Source of the DNA: Pseudobacteriovorax sp.
Lineage (GTDB): Bacteria > Bdellovibrionota_B > Oligoflexia > Oligoflexales > Oligoflexaceae
Assembly (NCBI GenBank): GCA_050293845.1
Contig: JBNKNM010000152.1
Location: forward strand, 1 to 13,558
Length of the DNA: 13,558 nt
Direction of reading: 5' to 3'
The notes under the pieces were generated by a model that had not been told where the DNA came from, searched no databases, and saw only the letters and a list, made by a program, of their open reading frames with translations. Shown here in pieces: positions 1 through 5,953 of the stretch (position 1 is the stretch's first letter; every line of letters starts with the position of its first letter). Position numbers and translations under genes: made by a program.

Positions 1-82
1 CTGGGATTCCTCGAATTCCTGCCTCTGTTAGATTGCTTCCAGCGAGGCTCCCGAGTGTAAATAAAATATGGAAGAGTCGCAT
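1..82 (-). CDS. 5' part of an exported protein, truncated by the window edge (MRLFHILFTLGSLAGSNLTEAGIRGIP...)
   Basis: Not in the ORF track. The ATG overlaps the upstream TGA (TGATG at 84-80), GGGGGAAG lies just upstream, and the frame is open to the window edge. The N-terminus looks like a Sec signal peptide (basic residue, hydrophobic core, TEA cleavage site). Confidence 0.7.
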   Translation of the reverse strand, partial: MRLFHILFTLGSLAGSNLTEAGIRGIP

Positions 83-360
83 CACACTTCCCCCGAACAA
101 TAATCTACACTATCCCAAAAAGATTTTCCTTTCTCACCGAGAGCGTTGAGAAACAATCTCAAATCTGAACTTTCGGTTAGTCCTAGATCTGTGATAACCT
201 TCTCCTTTTGTTTCATTTCACAGCTTTTTGGTGTATCGGGGTCAGGATCATTTGAATCGGCACCATCATCAGGCGGAGCATTACCACTTCCACCACCACA
301 GGCCATCACTAATGATAAACATACTGATACATGCAAGTTCCTATTTTTCAGGGAAATCAT
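82..360 (-). CDS. Small putative lipoprotein (92 aa)
   Basis: Basic N-terminus, hydrophobic stretch and lipobox-like VMA-C followed by GGGSG and an Asp/Pro-rich linker. Overlaps both neighbouring genes. Confidence 0.7.
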   Translation of the reverse strand: MISLKNRNLHVSVCLSLVMACGGGSGNAPPDDGADSNDPDPDTPKSCEMKQKEKVITDLGLTESSDLRLFLNALGEKGKSFWDSVDYCSGEV

Positions 361-793
361 ATTTTACCTTTCCTGATGGATAAGTCAACTTGGTCCATTT
401 AATACCATTTTTATCAATCACCTCCGTTTCAAGAGGATCATCTACTTTTATTTTCTGGAACTTAATCTTGGCCGCCTTCATTTTTTTCTGCTCAACTTCT
501 AGGTCCGATGCAGTGATCTGCTCCAGAGTTGATTCGAAGCGATTTAGGGCATTTTCAATCTTTTCCTTTTTTGCTAGATCAATCTTCTCAACTTGATCTT
601 GTTTAGTTTCAAGATTTGGTTTCGGTGTGAAGCCATTTAGACTTTCCTCTGGTTCCTTTTCAACAATCATCGATGAAATAGCTATCTTCTCGTTAGGGCT
701 GGCGCTATCTTGATAAAAATTAGTGACAAATATGGCCACGATGCAAATTACCCCAGCTAAGAGTACTAGAACTGATTTTTTATTGTTTCTCAT
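341..793 (-). CDS. Hypothetical single-pass membrane-anchored protein with coiled coil (150 aa)
   Basis: MRNNKK followed by about 20 hydrophobic residues, a charged helical middle and a short beta-like C-terminus. Overlaps the upstream gene's stop. Confidence 0.8.
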   Translation of the reverse strand: MRNNKKSVLVLLAGVICIVAIFVTNFYQDSASPNEKIAISSMIVEKEPEESLNGFTPKPNLETKQDQVEKIDLAKKEKIENALNRFESTLEQITASDLEVEQKKMKAAKIKFQKIKVDDPLETEVIDKNGIKWTKLTYPSGKVKYDFPEK

Positions 794-1778
794 CTACTTG
801 CCCACCTATGGGAATATATGAAGAAACGCTCCCAAGATTAAATTCAAAAATCGTCGCCTTGTTGTCTTCAACACACTGATTAAAATCAAATTCTTTAAAA
901 ACTGAATCAACGTCTTTCAAACAGGAAATCCCAATACTTTTGAGCCACAATTGGGAATAGAGTTTTGATCCTCTAACATCATTGGTCCAATCGATGAAAG
1001 TTTTCTTTTTTAGTTCAATATCCTCTAGTTCTGCTGCATTAACAGTCATTTGTGAAACTAACATTAAAGAAAGTTCTTTTAATTCATATCTAGCCATTTT
1101 ATGCCATAAGCCTTGTTTTCCCCAAAATAATGGATAAAGAGCATTTTCAATAGCGACTTCGCGAGTCTGCTTGATTAGTTTTCCAACAGTAAAAAGCTGG
1201 ACTGCTTCCCTGGCATCTGATCTATACAATATTTCAGCAGCTTCTCCATCTTCGCAACCAGTATTTTGATAGTTATTCAACATTAGGGTTGAAATCCTAT
1301 GAGCAGCAGCAATAATTGCCCGTTGTTGAGCTTCTTGTTTTGGAAATGGGACATTGTCATCGAGAAGTTTAGCAGTAACTGTAAGATCTTCACTTTTAGG
1401 TAAACTTGACCAACATCGGAGAAAAGAAGCAATCATTGGTTCCGTTAGATAGTCATTATTTACACTCGTTTCAGCCCTTCGATATATTCTAATTTGATTA
1501 TAATTAGTGTATTGAAAAACCTCATGATCGAATCTCATAGCCAAGTCTTCTGAGTCAACTACTTTTCCCAGAAAGGTGTCGACAATATATTCCGAAAGTT
1601 GCTTAGGTATCTTCGCTTCAGTGTTCGCTAAGTTCTTATCAATAATCGATACATAAATCAGTGGAGGTGAATTTTCGGCTTCGGTGTAGTTTGCTTTAAA
1701 TCCGAATTGCTGATCAGATGCCATTACAGATGCAGAACAAAAGACAGAAAGTAGCAAAGAAAAGTGTAGCTTGTTCAT
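780..1778 (-). CDS. Hypothetical secreted protein (332 aa)
   Basis: Long ORF with a Sec-type signal peptide (MNKLHFSLLLSVFCSASVMA). AAGG lies upstream of the ATG. No family recognised. Confidence 0.85.
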   Translation of the reverse strand: MNKLHFSLLLSVFCSASVMASDQQFGFKANYTEAENSPPLIYVSIIDKNLANTEAKIPKQLSEYIVDTFLGKVVDSEDLAMRFDHEVFQYTNYNQIRIYRRAETSVNNDYLTEPMIASFLRCWSSLPKSEDLTVTAKLLDDNVPFPKQEAQQRAIIAAAHRISTLMLNNYQNTGCEDGEAAEILYRSDAREAVQLFTVGKLIKQTREVAIENALYPLFWGKQGLWHKMARYELKELSLMLVSQMTVNAAELEDIELKKKTFIDWTNDVRGSKLYSQLWLKSIGISCLKDVDSVFKEFDFNQCVEDNKATIFEFNLGSVSSYIPIGGQVDEKQ

Positions 1779-1817
1779 AACAAAACCTTTTATATTTAAG
1801 AGTTAATAAATTTATTA

Positions 1818-1839
1818 GAAGGTTGGGAAGCCAACCTCC
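1818..1839 (-). terminator. Intergenic stem-loop (partial terminator or mRNA stabiliser)
   Basis: Minus strand GGAGGTTGG-CTTC-CCAACCTTC forms a 9-bp stem with one G.U pair, 6 nt after the stop of the 618-aa gene. The tail is AT-rich but not a clean U-run. Confidence 0.5.
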
Positions 1840-1845
1840 AGTAAA

Positions 1846-3702
1846 TTAGAATATGTCTTCAAATCCATCATCATTGGTATGAGTAGAATCATCCGCATTT
1901 TCTTGACAATCTGAAAATGGATCATCTTCATCACACACTTGATTTTCAATTCCTGTCTCTGTATCAGGGTCTTTAGACATTCTTGTACTACAAGCAACGA
2001 TTGACGAATCGATTGCTCCCGCCAGCCTTTTGCGGCAGGTAATAGGGAAACCATCAAATCCGAATTCAACAAGATTTGTTACGTTGGAATAGCTCACCGT
2101 CTTATGAATCTCAACTGTATCAATACTGGATGTATCCTCGATCCTTGTATGCCAATAAAAATCTCGTGCCTCAGAAACAATACCAACTGCTAATGCCTGC
2201 CAACCACCTATCGAACCACGAGCCCAATCCATAACAACTGTTAGATAGTCAGTTTTTCCATTATTCTGCGATTGATTTGCATGTCTATCAATTTCGCTCC
2301 TAACATATGCCTCGTATTGACTCTTATTGAATTCCGAGCGTTGAACACGTTCGTTATACATTTGCTGATAAAATTTCTCTAAGTCATGTAGGATATGCCA
2401 AGCTGCTGAATCCATTCCTCCTTCCGTAATATTGATATCACAGTATTCTTGTAGATTGTCTGAACCATATTTAATTTTATTGTAGGTATCACCATCATAG
2501 ATAATTGCACCGTCTTTGACGTCAGCACGGCCTTTGGCCCACCAACCATTTTTAAATTTACAGTCAAATTTCCCTTTGAAATCAGGAATTGAAACCCTGG
2601 CGTCGCCTACAAAGGTGACTGGCAATACAACGGCGCCCATTTTTGCCAATGCACCTGTCCTCGCACCGATTTCTGTGTATTCTACGACTACGGAGCATGA
2701 TCTTGATCCGCCGCACTCTCCACGAAGTTTAGGACTTTCTGATGATCTATTAACATCTCTAATCATAGTCACAGAAGGCTTAAGAGAATTTTTTGAGATC
2801 TGCGCTGATGGTTTTACATATAGCTTCTTAAGGCCAAGGCCTTTGACTGTGACATCTGGTCGAAGTTGGCGATAGATTGCAAAAACTTCTTTGTGACCTT
2901 CATCAAGTCCAGATTCAAGAATGACTTGTCTTAATCCAAACTGACCATTAGCTGCAGTTGCTCTTAATTCGGCAATGCCTCTCATAACTTGTCGAGGAAC
3001 ATTAGAGTCTAACATCGTAGAAATTTCTGGAGTAGGAGCGATACCAAGCCTAGAGAATTGATAAGTCAACCTATCGACGATTTGAGACTGCAACCCTCCT
3101 AAAGTTGCAAATTCTTCTGCACCCGCATCGACGATTTTTCTTAGGTCTCGATCTAAACTAGCAAGCCTTGTCTGTAAGGCTTTTTTCAGATCTTTAAGGT
3201 TTTCTACAGTATCTGGACTAGTATTCGGATCTGCAATATCCTCTACAATGTTCTCGATTTGCTTCGAAAGAGCTTTTTTCTCTTTAGTCAGCTCGAAGAA
3301 TTTATTGAGGTCGTAGTTGAAGGATTCAGCTACTCTATCGGTTTCGTCAATTACTGTTATAGCCCATGTAGCAAACGCTTCTGCCCCGACTGTCTCACGA
3401 TCTTGATTGGGCGCAAGAAAAGGAGCTGCATAGAACGTCTTTTGGATTTTCCGATCTTCAATTTCTTTTGTTTCGCTTGGATTCTTATGATCGGGGAAAA
3501 ATGACATTTCATTAAGAGCCTCAACAAAATCAGTAATCTCTTCCGCCGAAAAGTCATAGTCGTCCTGCAAAGCTTCGATAGTCTTCTTGTCGATGGGAAG
3601 AAAATCCTTCTTGTCAACTGGAGCAGCATGTAAGCTAGTTCCAAATAGTAATGACATTGGTAAGATGCCGCGAACTAGTAATGACTGTTTAATACTTTTC
3701 AA
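1846..3702 (-). CDS. Large secreted hypothetical protein (618 aa): N-terminal coiled coil, Cys-containing beta-rich C-terminal half, acidic tail
   Basis: TTG start with a strong RBS (AGAGGAG). Signal peptide ends in SLHA. Heptad-like region around ELTKEKKALSKQIENI...LASLDRDL. All 8 Cys are in the C-terminal half, and the end is Asp-rich. Confidence 0.9.
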   Translation of the reverse strand: MKSIKQSLLVRGILPMSLLFGTSLHAAPVDKKDFLPIDKKTIEALQDDYDFSAEEITDFVEALNEMSFFPDHKNPSETKEIEDRKIQKTFYAAPFLAPNQDRETVGAEAFATWAITVIDETDRVAESFNYDLNKFFELTKEKKALSKQIENIVEDIADPNTSPDTVENLKDLKKALQTRLASLDRDLRKIVDAGAEEFATLGGLQSQIVDRLTYQFSRLGIAPTPEISTMLDSNVPRQVMRGIAELRATAANGQFGLRQVILESGLDEGHKEVFAIYRQLRPDVTVKGLGLKKLYVKPSAQISKNSLKPSVTMIRDVNRSSESPKLRGECGGSRSCSVVVEYTEIGARTGALAKMGAVVLPVTFVGDARVSIPDFKGKFDCKFKNGWWAKGRADVKDGAIIYDGDTYNKIKYGSDNLQEYCDINITEGGMDSAAWHILHDLEKFYQQMYNERVQRSEFNKSQYEAYVRSEIDRHANQSQNNGKTDYLTVVMDWARGSIGGWQALAVGIVSEARDFYWHTRIEDTSSIDTVEIHKTVSYSNVTNLVEFGFDGFPITCRKRLAGAIDSSIVACSTRMSKDPDTETGIENQVCDEDDPFSDCQENADDSTHTNDDGFEDIF

Positions 3703-3766
3703 TGTTATCTCCTCTAGTACAACCTTGACATGTTTTAATTAATGCACTACATATAAAATTGTTTTT

Positions 3767-3812
3767 AGGCACTCCTACAATGTTCACTGGCCGGTGGTCT
3801 GTAGGGGAGCCT
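3767..3812. other. Imperfect inverted repeat in the predicted 5' leader
   Basis: AGGC-A-CTCCTACA ... TGTAGGGG-A-GCCT with an inner CAC/GTG stem. Confidence 0.5.
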
Positions 3813-3894
3813 TCCCTTAAAAATAGATAGCCTTTAGTTCTTTCCTCCTTCCCTCATCACTACCTATATAAAAAGTTAGCGCTTATCCTGTATA

Positions 3895-3910
3895 AGCAAT
3901 CTTCGTGCCA
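3895..3910 (-). promoter_or_regulatory. sigma54 (RpoN) -24/-12 promoter
   Basis: Minus strand TGGCACGAAGATTGCT matches the consensus TGGCACG-N4-TTGCW exactly. It is intergenic, oriented toward the 618-aa gene and next to a sigma54 activator gene. Confidence 0.9.
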
Positions 3911-4118
3911 TTGGGAGCAGTCTTTTATCTACGATGATTAGGCTGATATTTGAGACAATTTGGATACAATTACCCTAAGAGGGGAGTCAGTTTAGATGGT
4001 AGCGCTCATAAATTTTGTTTCCCATCCGATTTTTGATAGATTTAAAGGAGAAACACCGCAGCAGCATATAAAATAAATGTGTCGCTATGCATGCTAAAGC
4101 TGTTTTCAAACTGAACCA

Positions 4119-4233
4119 ACGAAGAATTGATCAGCTATTACTACATGGCATGAATATTACTAATATTATAGGTGATTATAGAAGTAGAGAGTGACGAAAA
4201 ATTGTCAGTTTAGGACGAAGAATTGATCAGCTA
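4119..4233. repeat. 19-bp exact direct repeat plus a variant copy; candidate upstream activator sequences
   Basis: ACGAAGAATTGATCAGCTA occurs at 4119-4137 and 4215-4233. A variant, ACGAAAAATTGTCAG at 4194-4208, overlaps the palindrome TGAC-N8-GTCA (4192-4207). Confidence 0.75.
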
Positions 4234-5663
4234 GAATGGCTATTTATATTGTACTTTTTTAACTTGCTTTTAAGGGTATTGCGGTGGGTCCCTATTTTAT
4301 CTGCCGTTCTAGCTATGCTTTGGTAGTGTTTGAGGAAGTAAGACAACATGCTTTTCTCGATAGAATCCATAAGGTCCTTAAAAGAAACATTTTCTTCCAG
4401 TACTACTCCTAGTATCTTATTAAGAGCGCTTTCGATATCCGGATCATCGGTGAAAAACTTTTCTTGATGAGTTTGAACTCTCTGACCGGGTGCGAGCATA
4501 GTCCTATATTCTGGCAAAAGCTCATCTGAAATAAGCCCTCCCGTTAGGTCTGCTTGCAAGACCATGCTTTGTAGGACTTTAAAGAGCTGTCTGATGTTAC
4601 CTTGCCAATAGTATTTTTTACATTTTTCTGTCAAATCAGATATTACCTGAGTACTAATCTTAATATCTTCTTTTAAAAAGAATAGTTTGATTAGAGTTGC
4701 TATATCATTCAGTCTTTCACGTAACGGTAGTAGGTTTATTTCAGCTCCTAATAGCCTAGTTCGTAAATCTAGCAAGAATTCACCTTTATCTACCATTATA
4801 TCGAGGTCTACGCCCGTTGCTACTATAAGCTGAAATGTAGAAGATAAGGTTTTTGTATCGCCAAGTCGTTCATATTTACCATCATTAAGCACCCTGAGCA
4901 GGGTTCGTTGACAGGCCAAGGGTAAAACATGGATTTCGTCTAGAAACAAAATTCCTCCGTCGGCATCTCCGATATATCCATTGGTAGTCTTATCAGCTCC
5001 GGTAAAAGCACCCTTCCTATGACCAAAGAAAAGTGAAGGCACCATGTCTTTAGGTATATTGGCGCAATTTACAGGGATAAAAGGGATATTCTTGCCTTTT
5101 TCTAGCGCTTGCCGCTTTTTGTGGATTAACTTAGCAATTTCTTCCTTACCAGTGCCCGTCTCGCCAATGATCGTAGTGCATATCTTGGTTTTAATGGCCA
5201 ACTGGGCTGCCGTCTTCCTAATGCTATCATCAATAACTATCCCGTCTTCGAATTCAGGGGTGAATTTTACTGACTTACCGCTTGACTGAAGTTCCTTAGA
5301 GCTATAGGCAGACTCGACTGCTATCAGTACATCGTTTACATTTACGATTGGCTTTTTTAAGAAGTAGTGGCTACCAAGAGCGAAGGTCTTACGGTATACA
5401 TCGATACTAGGGCTGGCAGACATTGATATGACAAGAGTGTTAGGGTGAAACTCCTTTGCATACTTTATTAGATCAAAACCTTCAGTACCCTCAAGAGTTA
5501 GGTGGATATCTGTAAGAATGATATTGATTACTGAGTTCTCTAGGGCGGTTTTGGCCTCTTCAAGGGTTTTTACCGCGAAAACCGTATAGTGCCCTCTCAG
5601 GATTTTGGCATAGCGCTCGTTTTGGTTTTCAGCATCTTCAACAAGTAGAAGAGATTTTGTCAT
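4227..5663 (-). CDS. sigma54-dependent enhancer-binding response regulator (NtrC family: REC, AAA+, Fis-type HTH)
   Basis: REC motifs LLLVED, ILTD and LKKP; Walker A GETGTGKE; GAFTGA; Walker B LFLDEI; sensor II WQGNIRQL; C-terminal HTH SIARTADKIGTHRNTLKSKL. ATG at 5663 is preferred over the track's GTG at 5684 because the REC domain begins immediately after it. Confidence 0.95.
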   Translation of the reverse strand: MTKSLLLVEDAENQNERYAKILRGHYTVFAVKTLEEAKTALENSVINIILTDIHLTLEGTEGFDLIKYAKEFHPNTLVISMSASPSIDVYRKTFALGSHYFLKKPIVNVNDVLIAVESAYSSKELQSSGKSVKFTPEFEDGIVIDDSIRKTAAQLAIKTKICTTIIGETGTGKEEIAKLIHKKRQALEKGKNIPFIPVNCANIPKDMVPSLFFGHRKGAFTGADKTTNGYIGDADGGILFLDEIHVLPLACQRTLLRVLNDGKYERLGDTKTLSSTFQLIVATGVDLDIMVDKGEFLLDLRTRLLGAEINLLPLRERLNDIATLIKLFFLKEDIKISTQVISDLTEKCKKYYWQGNIRQLFKVLQSMVLQADLTGGLISDELLPEYRTMLAPGQRVQTHQEKFFTDDPDIESALNKILGVVLEENVSFKDLMDSIEKSMLSYFLKHYQSIARTADKIGTHRNTLKSKLKKYNINSHSS

Positions 5664-5767
5664 ATTTTTCGTCCCAAAAATCACATTTCAGATCGATTGA
5701 TAGAGAATAGTCTTTAAAGAGGTTATAGTTTGATTTGAGCCATAATCCTAAATAACGACTTTAAAAG

Positions 5768-5953
5768 TTAGTTAATCATTGATTTAGCTTTCTTTGTTTC
5801 TTGTACTAATTTTTGACTAACCTTTTCTAGCTTTTCGATGAATACGGGACCGCTTATTTCTCCTTCAGAACTTTCTGCTATGACGATTTGAAGTTCAATG
5901 ATGAGGTTTTCGGCATAATGTCTTAGACTTGAAATAGCTTTATTTTGGTTCAT
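5768..5953 (-). CDS. 61-aa helical protein, possible His phosphotransfer (DHp-like) protein
   Basis: ATGA overlap with the kinase stop and a purine-rich RBS (AAGGAAAGAG). Two amphipathic helices and a single His in LRHYAEN. The function is inferred. Confidence 0.65.
   Translation of the reverse strand: MNQNKAISSLRHYAENLIIELQIVIAESSEGEISGPVFIEKLEKVSQKLVQETKKAKSMIN

Noticed and set aside
1815..3644. Alternate-frame minus-strand ORFs 1815-2072, 2379-2567 and 3357-3644
   Set aside because: Nested in or largely overlapping the 618-aa gene, with no protein-like features. No frameshift is needed to explain the main ORF.
3725..3753. Plus-strand TTGACA-17 bp-TACATA as an antisense sigma70 promoter
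   Set aside because: The -10 element lacks the conserved final T, no plus-strand gene follows, and such matches are common in AT-rich DNA.
4146..4161. Second sigma54-like site on the plus strand (TGGCATGAATATTACT) between the repeats
   Set aside because: The -12 element reads AC instead of GC and it points antisense into the regulator's 3' end. It may be a degenerate site but cannot be supported as a promoter.
4119..4233. 19-bp repeats as a CRISPR array
   Set aside because: Only two exact copies, too short, a 77-bp gap between them and no cas genes.
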